Positions 26,481 through 39,150 of a stretch of 64,000 nt of DNA are shown here, piece by piece. The stretch comes from Lama guanicoe. Taxonomy: Eukaryota. Positions within the stretch are counted from its first letter, which is position 1, and every line of letters starts with the position of its first letter. The position numbers and the translations under genes are program-made. The DNA is taken from assembly GCA_013239625.1 (NCBI GenBank), contig MU053934.1, forward strand, positions 10,951,003 through 11,015,002, read 5' to 3'. The notes beneath the pieces were generated by a model, which made no database searches, was not told the origin of the DNA, and saw only the letters and a program-made list of their open reading frames with translations.

Positions 26481-27809
26481 ATGAAAGTTAGAAAGGGAAG
26501 AAGGAGGGAGGGAAGATATTGTTAGAGGCAGATGGACTCTGGCCCAATCACTGATCTCCAGACTTGGAACCTGGACTGGGAGTCGATGCTTCAGAGCCGT
26601 CCTGAGTGAGCAGCCCAGCGGGGCCGCTGATCACTTCCTGGGGCCCACTGATGCAGCAGGTCGTGCAGGGGACTGGGTGTCTGGAGACTTGGGTGTCAGT
26701 TCTAAGTCCATGCCTAGTGTTCTGTGAAAATAAGACACTTCTTGGGCTTCAGCGCTGGGACCTTCACAAACCATTCTGTCCTAGGAATTAGGCATCTTGT
26801 CAGTTTGTGCGTCTTTCGGCTTCAGGGAGCATCGTGGCAATCGCAGTGCTATGTGACAGCATCCCCGAATTCCTCACCCGTGCTTTTGTCTCTGGCTTTG
26901 TTTTTTAATGACCTCTTAATCAGTCCCTTATTTCTGAGTCACCCAAGCACTTCATTTCCACTGCTCTGTTGATGCCTTCACACTCTCCAACTCTTTCCCC
27001 ATCATTTCTCCTGACACTTGACAAAAGCATTTCCTTCCATAGATGGGTAAGTTTAGCTCCATTTGCTTTACTTGATGTTTACAGCCACCCTCCAAGAACC
27101 CCAGTCTTCCCAGGAATTCTCCCACTTATTTATTTTCTCATCTGTTCATTTATTCATCTTTCATTAATTCCAGGTGCATCAGGGGCCAGGCGTGGCTCCA
27201 GAGGATGGGGACAGGAAGCACCCATCAGAGCCCTGTCCCTGGCTATGTACATGAGCACAGATTGCTATGAATGGGGATCAAAGCAGGGGCAAAATAAACC
27301 AGGGGTCCTCAGCACACACTCCCGTCCGTATGGGGGCTCGGTGCGCCCATGGAAATGTGCGATGGTTTCCAGGGACCGCACAGCCTGGGGGGCAGGACTT
27401 GCAGGACGAGGCAGCCGGATGAGAAAAGAGCCCCCCGGGTCAGCGTTCCCATGTGCGAGCACAGGTGCCTGCTGACCTCAGGAACTGGCACTGGGGAACC
27501 AGGAGGCGGGGCAGTCGGGGGGCGGGGTGGTGGGACACCAGGATTGAGGCTCCAGAGACCTCAAAGAGGGGCAAACGTCAGTAAGAAAGTGACGACAATT
27601 ATAAATTTCTAGGGAGACACTGACATCAACTGCGGGGTCAGCAAAGCCACCGGGATGCGGGTGGCTTACCTCGAGCCTTGGAGTGAAGTGACTTTAGACA
27701 AAGTCACAGGGCGTCGAAGCCCAGCCGCGGCTCTGAGCGCGTCTCCCTCAGCAAGAAGAGCCCTGGGTGCCAGTTTCTGGCAAGATCATATTGTTTTGTC
27801 AGTGTGTTT

Positions 27810-28010
27810 CTTTTCTATTTTGTTTTATTTTATCTATTGAAGTACAGTTGATTTACAGCGTTATGTCAGTTTCCGTGTACAGCAAAGTGACTCAGTTGCA
27901 CATACACATATATGTTCTTGTTTACATTCTTTTTCATCGTAGGTCATTGCAAGTTAGTAAATACAGACCCCCGTGCTGCGCAGTAGGACCTTGCTGTTCA
28001 TCTGTTTTAC
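27810..28010 (-). mobile_element. Younger L1 3' tip
   Basis: tattgaagtacagttgatttacagcgttatgtcagtttccgtgtacagcaaagtgactcagtt. Confidence 0.88.
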
Positions 28011-28174
28011 TCATGGGGGTTACTGGCGAGATCGTGATTAGGGGACATTCTCCTGGACCTGGGACTCTTTTTTAAGAAAATGAACACCCCCACCAAAAAC
28101 AAATATTGCTAAAACCTCAGAATAAACACCTGAAATCAATGTCTTTGCACTAATAGTTTTGTTGTTAAAAAATC

Positions 28175-28292
28175 AAGAATCTGAAGAGAAAACATATGGC
28201 TGTATGTGTACGTATAACTGAATCACTTTGCTGTACCCCTGAAACCAACATTGTATGTGAACTACACTTTAATAAAAATTTTAATAAAAAAA
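28175..28292 (+). mobile_element. Younger L1 3' tip
   Basis: gtataactgaatcactttgctgtacccctgaaaccaacattgtatgtgaactacactttaataaaaa. Confidence 0.88.
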
Positions 28293-28549
28293 CAGCAAAT
28301 AACAAATAGTTGAGCAGATGAAGAAAAGTCAAACGTGATCATGCATGATGTAGACCACAGCTGGACCATACCCAGTCACCACCCCTCCCCGCCCGGCAGG
28401 TCGGCCAGGTAACGCCGCAGCAAGCACGGTGCCGTCCAGAGGACCAGGCTTCCTCCAGAGGGGACGGAGCCCCCTGGCCCGGCTGCATCCGGCGTCCGCT
28501 CTCCATCACCCCTCCTCGGCATCCTGGCCACAGCCGCCCACATTTCATC

Positions 28550-28900
28550 CCTGCAGTTGAAATGTTATGGCAGAAATAACCATATTCGTGAAAAAGTACC
28601 ATGTCCTGCCATAAAGCCAGATAAATACGAGGTTAAATTAAAAGTTGCGCGCTTGGTTTGGTCTTTACGGCTAATTTATGTGTCCGGCCTCCCGGCCCTT
28701 TATAGCACGTGGGCTGTAATAGATACCTCCCTCCACAGGTGCCCACTCCCGCTTGACATTGCTCGCTGGGTCGCTGGCAGGGCCCCCGCCTGGACACCTT
28801 GACGAATGGCCGAGCCGCCGCATGGGCCCCGCGCAAGGCAGCGCCGTATAACTCAGCCGTAAAGATGCCTCCCTTCGGGTCCAAGTTCAGCTCTTCTCAG
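28550..28900. promoter_or_regulatory. Candidate enhancer with clustered CDX/posterior-HOX motifs
   Basis: GTTATGG 28564, CCATAAA 28609, TTTACGG 28664, TTTATG 28675, TTTATAG 28699, CCGTAAA 28857. Confidence 0.45.
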
Positions 28901-31900
28901 ATTAAGCAACCTACAGGAAAGAGACATTCCGTGATTTGGAAACCTTGCTGTGATGTCTTCACAGCCTCGGTTAGGATTCGGAGACCCGGGATCTTGGAGT
29001 CGCCGGAGAGTCGTTTGCGGGTTGCTCCAGCCCCCCGGGGCCATGGGGGCCCTGTCTCCTCCTGAGCGTGGCCCTGAATCAATCCCTTCTGCCGTCCTGC
29101 ACCATCCAGGGCCCTGTGGATGCTTTAGGACGTTATTCTAACTACTGAGTTGTTCCCACACACTCAAGCCCGCGTGGGGGGCAGGCTTTCTCCATGTGCC
29201 TCCTACAAGTAACAAAAGTGAGAAACAATAGTAACAATAGTAGCAGCAACAACGAGAAGCCCGCGGCGGTGCCCAGACGCCCCGCAGCTCCCAGGACCCG
29301 CTGCCGCCCCCTGCCTCCCTACCCCTCCCGGGCCACCCGGGGGCGCTGGGCCACGGGCTCACGGGAGGAGCTGACTTGCTCCGTCTCACCAGGACAGAGG
29401 GCGGTGCTGGTGACGGGTTTTGAACTCCAGCTCTCTGGTTCCGTACGCGGGCCTTCTTTTTCAATTTCCAGTTGCTGGATAACACACACAAGGAGGCGTG
29501 AGAGCCCGTCTCTACGGATTTTCATAAAGAGACCCACCCGTGTAGACCACCCAGACCAGAGAGACGGAGCCCCGACAGCGTCCGGCCCGCCGAGGCGCCG
29601 CCCCAAAGCTCACCCGCGGCCCGACTTCCGACTCAGCAGACGTCCTGTCTCAGCTCCGAGGGCTGACTTGCCTCACGGCTCCCTGCGCAGACCCGTCTAC
29701 ACTGCTGCGCTTGGGGCCTGACTGGGCTGCTGGGTTCTCCTTGCCGGTCTGCATCGCACTGTACGGCAACGTCACAGCTACGGAGGTGAGTCTGCGTGGG
29801 AGGGAGACCGCTCGGTCCCTGGGACGTGGGTGCGGCTTTAGTTGAGTTTGCCCAAGACTTCCCACGGCGGCTTCGCGGTTACACACGCACCCTCAGCCAC
29901 TGCTCAGCACAGGCCCCGAAGTTCCAGGCGACACTGCGACTTTGTGCCCAGCCAGGAGCTCTCCCGACCTGGCCCCCAGCTTCCTCTCCTGCCCCTTGAA
30001 TTTGAACAGCTCCCAACACAAAAAGGAAACAGGACGCAGAGTCTCTGGGGAAGCCAGCGCCTGGCCGGTTTCACACATCCTGCCTGTTGGGTCCCCCAGA
30101 CCCTTCCCTCTCTGTGTGTGACTCTGACATTTAAATTGGGTCCCATCCCCTGAGCAGAGGCAAGAAAGGAGAGAGGGCAGGACCTGGGACTGTCCTGAGA
30201 CCTGCCACAGGGACAGTTCATTTAAGTCCTGTGACAGAGCCCCTCCAAACCCTGTGGCTGAGGACAGCACACACCGTGGACTTCCCATAGGTCTGAGTCG
30301 GCTTGGCCTCTCTGGATGGCTCTGCCCACATGCCTGTCGTCCTCCAGGGGGGCCAGCAGCCCAGGATGTGCTCATGATGGGGGCAGAGGAGGGAGAGCAG
30401 GCAGGTCCAGCTGGAAACATTCTGCAAGGTCTGAGGGTCAGCTGAGGGGTCCCACTGGCCACAGCCGTCCACGTGCTCAGTCTGCCCACGGGGGATGCAC
30501 GGAGAGTGAGTGGCAGACTGCACGGCCACAGGGCTGGGGGGAGGAATCGGGGTCAATTTCCATGTGCCCCTGGCCCTCAAGTGGTAGGGGGTCAGCGGAA
30601 CACCAGTCTCATTTGCTGATGGAGCCGCGGCGAGAAGGGATTGCTGCCGACAGCGGAGTGGAGTAGAAAGAGGGAGATGATTATTGTCGTGGGGTGGAGG
30701 TGAGGACGAGGGGGATTAGCAGGGGCACCTGGCTGGGGCCAGCAACGCCCCGTTTATAATCCCCCGGGCAGGGAGATTCAGACCCAGCCAGGGGGCTGAG
30801 TGGGACAGGAAGGCAGCGGCAAGGGCTCACCTCCCCGCAGGCGCCCCTCTGTGTCCAGGAGGCTGAGCACGTGGAGGAAGACGCTCCTCCCATCAGAATC
30901 GCACACCTCCTGAACCTGCATTTCTACGCTGCGTTTCATCCCTGACATCACCGTTCCTGGCTCACCCTCTCTCCGGCGGGGCTCAGATGGAAAACGTCGT
31001 ATCACCGTTTTTCTTCACATCTAATTACAGGAGCAGAAGGTGGAGGTTGTCAGGCTTGAAATCAAACAGGCCTCCCCTGCCCACCGCGCGCCGGCTCCCA
31101 AGGGCGCACATCTGTGGGTGCCTGCGGGCAAGGTCAGAGGCCAGCAAGGGTCTCGGCAGATGTCGGCAGGTCACCAGGAGTCCGCACATCAGGGTCAGCT
31201 CGTTGGGACCTCAGGAGAGCGGCAACCGGGGGAGACCTTTCTCTTTCGACAGCTTTTGGGAGAGAAAGGACCACAGGGTTGTGCTGTGTGGACCGCAGGG
31301 CTCAGCCGACAGCGGAGGTGGGGCTGCTCCCCCGTCCAGGGAGCAGGGGCAGGGGCCGCGCACGCGTGGAGCTCCCGTACCCGTGTCTATTGGAGACGAC
31401 AGGCTTTGTGTAAAAGCAAGTACCCTGTGGTCTGTCTTGATCAGACCTCTCGCAAAGCTGAGTCTGCAGAGGCTGGTGAAGGCGAGTCATCTGAAGGAGG
31501 GGACGTGGCGACATTGGAAGCAAGGGGGGACTCTGCCCTGGGAGGGGACCCTGTGGACCGTGCCAGCCCTCTTACCAGGGAACAGGTGTCTGGCTGTCAC
31601 AGGACACTTGGCCGTGGGAGCGAGAGGAGCGGGGTTGACCCCAAAGAGGGGAGGGGATTAGAGTTCATGGACTGAGACCCCGTGCAGCCATGTGGAGAGG
31701 CGTTTACTGAAGTTCCACAGGGATCCCACTGGTGGAGGAGAGACTGGATGTGGGAGGAGGCTGGGGTCACAGGCTGTGGACACATCAGAGCACCACAGGG
31801 CCACCAAGCCATACATGTCGGCCCCAGATGTTGTCCCAGGAGTCGAATCACCCATCACCCCTGAGCAAACAGTAGGTTCAGAGGGACCGAGGTAGGAGCA

Positions 31901-33139
31901 AAGTGAAACATTCCACACAGGGACACAGGTATCTGCAAAGCAAGGGGAAATAGGACGTTTCCTCAAAGAAAGATAAGAGATCATACTTTTGAGTGTAACC
32001 TACTAAGGGAAAGAAAAACGTGAACACGTTAAGCAACGTTAGCGAGATGGTAGCAGGAGAAAGGAACACGGGCCCTGAGGACATGCGGGCCGGGCCGCAC
32101 GGCAGGTGTGGGGGCCTGGACGTGGGCCTCTGAGACCCCGCGCCCCTCCCCGCGCTCCGCCCCCCACCCTGGGAAGCGCCGCTCCCAGGTGCGTGAGGCT
32201 GACAGCGATGGCCTCCCGGGGCGTGAAGGTGAGAGGCGGGTGAGCCGTCCGTTCCTAACAGGGGCTGTAACCACCTGAAGGGAACCAAGCTAGAAGAGAC
32301 ATCAGTGCGAGGCTGGGTGCCCTCAGGGACCTCATAAAACAAGCTGAACACACACAAGCACTCCAGGTGTGACACAGGTGGTTGGCACCAAGGTGAAAGG
32401 TGGGCTGTGGGGTCGTGACGAATGCTGCCTAATATCCTTGCACTTTTGGAGGGTGGAAGAAAGATGTTAACTTTAGACTTACAGCCCAAAGTGGTGAAAA
32501 GTTAAGGACAACCATCAAACTTTTTAAAATGAAATGTGTAACTTTTAAATCACGAACAAAAAGGAGGGAAAGGAGTTAATTAAATTAAACCAACACACCA
32601 AGGTCTGCTGACCCTCAGACCTTGCAGAAAATAAAATCAAGAAACAAAAGGCCACTGTGGCAAGTGGAAAGCACAGCCTAGAAAGGTAGGCATGAATCCC
32701 AAGAGCACAACCATTTACATTCGCAGAAAAGGACTGAGTTCACGACACACTGTCCTATGCGAAAAAACGCCCCCAAAACAGGCGTCCACCCCGGAGACAC
32801 TGCAAGGTCGGCAGTGTGGGAACAGACATAGTCTACCCCAAGCCAAAAACCAAAATTAAAAATAAAGCTCAGAAAGAGCCAGTGTAAACACACTGATATC
32901 ACATAGAACAAGCCTGAAGGCAAGAATCAGCAATGAGGAGGGTGACTCTGCAACCACTGAAGGACAAGCGCGTGAGAGTAAGAGCACTCCCGAATCACCG
33001 CACCTACGAATATGTCCTCGAACTAGATACAGCAGATTGGCGCGGCGTTTCAGGAGATTCTGAGACACACACACTCACGTGCCTCGTCACTCACTAGGTA
33101 ACCGAGCGAGCAGACTGACACCCGCTACGGACACAGAAC

Positions 33140-33325
33140 AAGCGTCAGGCCCGCCTGTCATGTAAGTGAAGTTTCACTGGTGACAGTGACCCTCGCTTAT
33201 GTATCGTTGCCCGTGACTGCGTTCAAGCTACCACGAGAGAGCGGGGCAGCCGTGACAGAGACCACATGGGCACCAGGCTGGAAGTACTACCGTCCACCCC
33301 TCACAGGGAGGGTCTGCCCACCCCC
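33140..33325. mobile_element. MER58A-like hAT-Charlie DNA transposon
   Basis: ggcccgcctgtcatgtaagtgaagtttcactgg...cagccgtgacagagaccacatggg...cccctcacagggagggtctgcccacccc follows the MER58A layout. Confidence 0.75.
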
Positions 33326-33967
33326 GACACAGACGACGGGCGGCAGTGACGAGGATGCCGTCAGCCCGGCAGCACTGAGCCGCGCCGGCCACGGCCAGGA
33401 GGACGCCCTCTCCTCCAGAGCACACGGAAGTCACAGACTCCACCGCATTCCGCGCCACGAGGGAGGCTCAAAACCACTAGAAAATCAGTGCCACAGAGAC
33501 CATGTTCTCAGACAGCAACTCAAAAAAAATGTATTTCCAAATGATTTGTGGGGGAAGGGAGACAGGCGAATGGAAAAAAGAACATATCAGAAGCTAAAAA
33601 GTAATGATAATGCTACTTACCACACGGTGGGCGGTGCTGGTAAATCAGGGAGTGGAAGGAAATGACTACGTTCAACAAGGAAAAAGTGTCAAAATTAATG
33701 ACTGAGAAGTCCTCCTCAAAAAATTAGAAAAAGAACAAGATAGATCCAAAGAAGGTGGAAGGGGGAGATGACTTTAACTAGCATGCAGACCGGGGCGTCA
33801 TTACGAGGACACGGTGGCAAAAGTCTGGGGTCTGCAGGTGTGGCCTTTCCAGACCCGGCACTGATCGTGATGCAGAACAAGGTGCCCTGGGACGTGCACG
33901 CCTCCGAGGTGTGAGCGGAGGGCGTGTCCTGTCATTCTGCACAGACCGGGACCGTCAAGTCTAAAAG

Positions 33968-34019
33968 CAGGATGGATGCACGCCCTACAGAGGCCAGGAT
34001 GGATGCACGCCCTACAGAG
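33968..34019. repeat. Tandem duplication, period 27 bp
   Basis: caggatggatgcacgccctacagag is identical at 33968-33992 and 33995-34019. Confidence 0.95.
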
Positions 34020-34024
34020 CCCTG

Positions 34025-34450
34025 CTGCTGGGGAGTGACTTCCGTCCCCCCCGAAGACACGCTGAACCCCTGACCCTGGCACGGTGGAGAGCGCCTCATT
34101 TGGAATCAGTCCTTAAGGAGGAAACCAAATTACAGTGAGGGCATCGGGGTGGCCGTGAATCCGATATGCCTATATCCTGATGAAAAGGGGGAAATCGGAC
34201 ACAGACAGACACACTGGGGGGGAGACAGCCTTGCAAGGATGGGGGCGGCCGTGATGCCCCCACGAGCCCCGAGCCGCCTCGGTCACCGCAGCACTGCTGG
34301 GAAGGGGCAGGAGGGGGTCCTTTCCCTGCAGGTCTCAGAGGGAGCGAGGTCCTGCCGACCCGTCGCTTTTGGAATTCTAGCCCCCAGAGCTGTGAGACCA
34401 GACGTGTTTGTGGTTCTTCGCTGCCCGGTCGTGGCTCTTTGTCTCAGCTC
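34025..34450 (+). mobile_element. MaLR LTR (MLT1B/C-like)
   Basis: cctcatttggaatcag...ggggtggccgtgaatccgatatg...aaaagggggaaatcggacacagac...ttctagcccccagagctgtgaga. Confidence 0.85.
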
Positions 34451-36439
34451 TTTGTCTTTGCTGGACGAATGTGTGATCGCCAGGCCTGGAGACAGGCGTG
34501 GGCTCTGGGGCCCTCAGTGAGGCCCCTCCTTTGTGGTGTTGGGGGCATCTCTCGGGGCCAGGATGGAGACAAAGTCATCTCTCTCACCCTCTTCCCCGCC
34601 TCAGTGCTCTCAGGATTTTAACGTGATGCACATTGCACCTACTCCTCTGGTCCTTTGTCTTCCCAACTGTGGTGTGGGCCACACGAGGGCCATCTGTCCC
34701 CTCTTGACTAGAACCCTGGAACCTGGTAATAGCACCATAAACGCTGGCCAATAAGTAATAGCATGAATAAACAGGTACTTCTCTCAAACTCTCTTTAAAA
34801 GAAAAAGGCTAGAATACAGTAATCGTAAAGGCCACGTGGCACAATCAATGTCCAAAGTCAGCTCGGGGAATACTGACAAAAAATAATGAGAAAGCGCTCC
34901 GTACACCAGCCGCCTGCCGCAAAGCCATTGTCATTACTTAGGACCTGAAATGGCATAAAAGCAGACACGCACAGAGACGGGTGGGCTAGAACGAGATCCA
35001 GGAATAGAATGCAGTATTTTGAGGAATTGAATATAAGGCCAAGAAAGTCTCTGAAATCGGTGTAAAAATGATGGTTTGTCATCCAGACAGAAGAAAATAC
35101 AGCTGCGCTCTCACTTCACACCCTACAGAAAAGCAAATTAAAATGAAAAAGGAAAATCTGAGAATAAAACTTGGAAACTATGCTTATGCATCCGGAGTGT
35201 CAGGGCGTCAGTAATGCCTTTCCCTCCAAAAAACAAACATAAACAACAACAACAACAAAAAACCCCAAACTAACAATAAGAACAGAGCTAATTGCATCCT
35301 GGGCCAAAAAAGAAGGAAAGGCCTATTCACTCGTTGTGCCGGAGACTGTGAAGACAGAAGTGCACCGGTCTGTCCACATTCTCCCACTCTTGGCCCAAAG
35401 AGAAAACGTGCTTAAAAGCACGAGGACTCCGCGCATCGGACGAGGCTGACTCAGGTTGTAGCCGCCCCGCCGGGGGGGTCCTGCGGTGTCAGCCACAGGA
35501 GCCGAGTGCCGGCGACCACGGCGGGGAGGGGCTGGCATGTCCAGCCCAGCCCTTACTCTGCCCTTTGGGATTTCCTGTCCAAGAGACAGTCTCAGTACTC
35601 AGACCAGGGGCACTCACCGGCCACGTAGTCCCGACCACAACGGCGTCCACAGCCAGGCGCTGACCCCCCTCTCCACCCCGCGGAGACGCCGCCCTGCTCT
35701 GCTGCTTCTCCCTGTGCCTTACACCGGAGGACTCGTCCTCCAGCGGCTTCTTTGAGAATGGTGAGGCTTTATTTATAATCAGCTCAATTCCTTTTCCTTT
35801 ATAGGGAGAAACGTTGAAAGTTTCGCAAAGCAATACCTTTTCCTCTCTAGGTTGTGTGGATCAGCACCAAATTATCTCAGTGTTGTGACACACACTTTAA
35901 TAACGGACACCCAGGCTCCAAGCACATCAGTGTGATCGCAGCTTTGATTTTCCAGCAAAAGAAAACCAGCATTATTCTGCAGAATAACTTTTGCCATGTC
36001 TAGTCTCATGTATTCCTTTACCTTTCTCACTCTTCAGGGAGCTATAAATCCATGAGCTGAATTTTTAAATTGTATTAACACAACTAAATGGGATATTTCT
36101 TAATATGCCTATAATCTTGTCTTTTCGCAGTCAAGTCCTCTAAGATAATGTCAGCGAAAAACGGTTCCATCCTATGGAGAATTACTGTAGACAGCAGAGC
36201 ATGGGCCCAAGAACCCACCTTCCAGGTCTGAGTGACTCTGCTATTTTGCCGACATTACTCCACGTCGGGGAGAAGAGTCCTTCCCCACCCTGCCGTGGTG
36301 CAGGTTAAAGAGGGTCAGGATTCAGGTGGCGGAACTGAAGTGGTGGGTTCATTGCGCTTGAAAGCTGGGCTGGAGGAGCCGCTGTCACAGGTGAGCGCGT
36401 ACGTGGCTTTGCTAAGGCTGCCTGGATTGGCCGCAGCCC

Positions 36440-36832
36440 TCCCACTCAGTGGAATAGCACTTGGCCATGAAAAGGGATGAAGTACTGGTACTTGCAACAT
36501 GGATGAATCTTAAACACATTACACTTAGTAAAGAAGACAGTCACGAAAGGTTGCATGTCACAGGACTCCGTTTATATGAAATACCCAGAATACGCAAACC
36601 CGCACAGATAGAGAATAGGTTAGTGGTCTCCAGGGGCCGGGGTCGGGAGTGAAGGCAGACTGATGGCTACTGGGCGCAAGGTTTCCTTTTGAGATGATGA
36701 AAATGCTCTAACAAAGATTAGTTGTGATGCTATATAGCTCTATGAATACACCAAAATCCACTGACCTGTTGACTTTAAAGGACTGACCTTTGCGTTGTCT
36801 GTATTATATCTCAATAAAATTGTTATAAAAAG
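36440..36832 (+). mobile_element. L1MB-like 3' UTR
   Basis: gccatgaaaagggatgaagtactggtacttgcaacatggatgaatctt...ttatatctcaataaaattgttataaaa. Confidence 0.9.
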
Positions 36833-36959
36833 AGCTGTGACTAAATTGTTCAAAGCTAGTGACTGCGCCCTTCACAAGTAGACATGGAAATATTGTGGCA
36901 ATTAAGTGCCCCACACAAAAATACACAGATAGTTTAAGATGATGCATACTGGAATAGAT

Positions 36960-38620
36960 TATATGATTTCTGGCTTCATGATGGTGAAGTAGCTTATACT
37001 GGGCTAATGTTCTCATCAATAAAATTATTATGAACTCTGGACCAGTTATAAACATAAACATCGAGATAATTATAAAGACAACTGTTTTATGACATTACAA
37101 AGTGCAGCCAAAAGCAGGCAGAATATGGATACGTTCAATGCTGAACAAAAGGGAAACACAGGGTGATATCCACATTTAACCGGATGAATATAAAGGACTG
37201 TTTCTTTTTTTTCCATAAATTGTTTAAAGAAATGAACATTTAAACAAACACACGATGATCTGTTTGATGTTTATAGCATATATGCAAGTAAAATATGTAA
37301 CGAGAACAAAACAGGCAGGCAGGCTGAAGAGAAGGCTCCTGCATTCTTTCAATTCAGAGAAACGATCATAAATTAAGGATGAGTTTTGCAATCTCTAGAG
37401 CAAGCAGTAAGAGAGAAAGAAAGAGGTGTGATAAAAAACCAGTTGAGGGCATAGAACAGAACACAAAAATACTTGACTAAACCAAAAAACAAAAGAACAG
37501 GAAAAGAAGAACCAAGAAGCAAAGAGCAGAGGATTGTTAGGGGAAAAAATCAAGCTGGTGCACACAACCCATACACCTCTATCATTACATTAAATGTAAA
37601 TGGACCAAACACTCTAATCACAAATCAAAGTTTGTCAGACTAGGTAAAAAACGTAAGATATGCATAGGCTGTCTACAAGAGGGCTGCTCTAAATGAAAAG
37701 ACACAGACAGGATGAAAGTAAAGGATGGGAGAAGACATGACATGCAGGCAATAAGTAGAAGACATGTGTGGCTGTTTTAATATCAGATCCAGCAGACTTC
37801 AAAGAGAAGAGTGTTAGGGAAATGAAGAGGGTCATTTCAGAGTGAAAATTGGAAAAGTGCATTAAGACGTTAAAAAACACAAACCAAAATCTAACATGCA
37901 TGCATCTAATGACAAAGCTACAAAATAAGTGAGGGAAACAGTGACAGAATAAAGAGAGAAAAAGACAACGCCATAGTAACAGTTGGAAATGCTAACACCT
38001 CTCTGTCAGCAATTGATAGACAAACAAGGTAAAAACACAGCGTGAAAAAAGCCAGATCTGAACAGCACAGTTCAATTAGCCCCCTGGACTGAACTGGCAT
38101 TTCTAGAGCACACACCCAGCAGCTGCAAACACACCCTCTCTTCCGGTGCGCGTGACACGTTCCCCAGGACAGGCCGACTGCAGGGCTGCAAAACCAGCCA
38201 CGATAAATGTCAGCTGAATCAAAGCATGCAGTGTTTACAAGATGAAAATTCAATTAAAATTCCTAATGACAGTGTATCTAGAAAAATCCGCTACACTATC
38301 GAGATGAAAACTCCCTCTAACTGATCTATAAATTGAAAATAACCCCAAGCAGAATCTCGAGAGTTCTTCTTAACAGAAATTGACAGGTTGAAGCTAAAAT
38401 AGAAATAGAAATGTTAAGGTCCGCGATAGCTGGTGAAACTTTGAAAGAGAACACATTTGGAGGATTTACACCCCCTTGATTCAAAATTTAATACAAAGCT
38501 ACAGCAGGCAACATAATGTGGTGGAGTCTCAAGCAGACACCAGCAGAAAAAAAAGGAGCAGAGCAGAGGCCGGGTAGGGACCCACGTGGATGTCAGCAAC
38601 TGGATTTTGGCAAAGGTGCT
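36960..38620 (+). mobile_element. Old L1M with ORF2 endonuclease start and later ORF2 fragments
   Basis: From 37581 it translates IITLNVNGPN (L1 ORF2 N-terminal ITLNVNGLN motif); stops and frameshifts follow. Confidence 0.88.
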
Positions 38621-38879
38621 ACTGTAGCTTTTCCTACTAGTCATTAATTCTAACATAACTGGAATTAATTTTGATGTTATAGAGAAGTAAGATCATAACT
38701 CTCTTTCCTCAATGCACTAACCAATTACCCTAGAACATCTCAGTGCAAAATCCAAACTTTTCACAAATATGTACGTAGTTCCATTTTAATGCATTATTTT
38801 TCCTAACTAAAGAAATAGATGTTTACATTTAAAATGTACAGAGGATGATGCTCTGATGCGCCTCGCGTCACGTGTCCAC

Positions 38880-39150
38880 CTAGCGATGCGGAGCCGTGCT
38901 TTGCTGTAGCGCGGGCTGTCCATCCTGCCCCGGTCCATGTGGTCAGTGGGGATGGCTCCACACAGAGACTCGTGGCTCCAGGGCCTTTCTTCCTGGGACC
39001 TCAGTGTTCTCTTCTGGCTTCTCCTCATCAGGCTGGCAGAAGGGGGCAAAGACAAGGAGCGCAGATCGCAAGAGGGTTTGGGGGGAATCACTCAGTCACG
39101 TGGTCCCCTAATCCTAAGAGAGGCTGGGAAGGCAGGCTAACAGTGGGACA
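38880..39150 (-). mobile_element. Old MaLR LTR (MLT1J/K-like)
   Basis: ctcagtcacgtggtcccctaatcctaagagaggctgggaaggcaggct matches the hallmark of these LTRs. Confidence 0.6.

Larger units (their letters stand above)
31890..35200 (+). mobile_element. Fragmented ancient L1ME-like element (ORF1 end, endonuclease region, later ORF2), split by MER58 and MLT1
   Basis: Collinear relics, e.g. gaccatgttctcagacagcaa, cctcaaaaaattagaaaaagaacaa, tctcacttcacaccctacagaaaagcaaatt; the span includes non-L1 interruptions. Confidence 0.65.

Noticed and set aside
37581..38620. Active L1 ORF2
   Set aside because: Stops, frameshifts and large deletions show it is a dead relic
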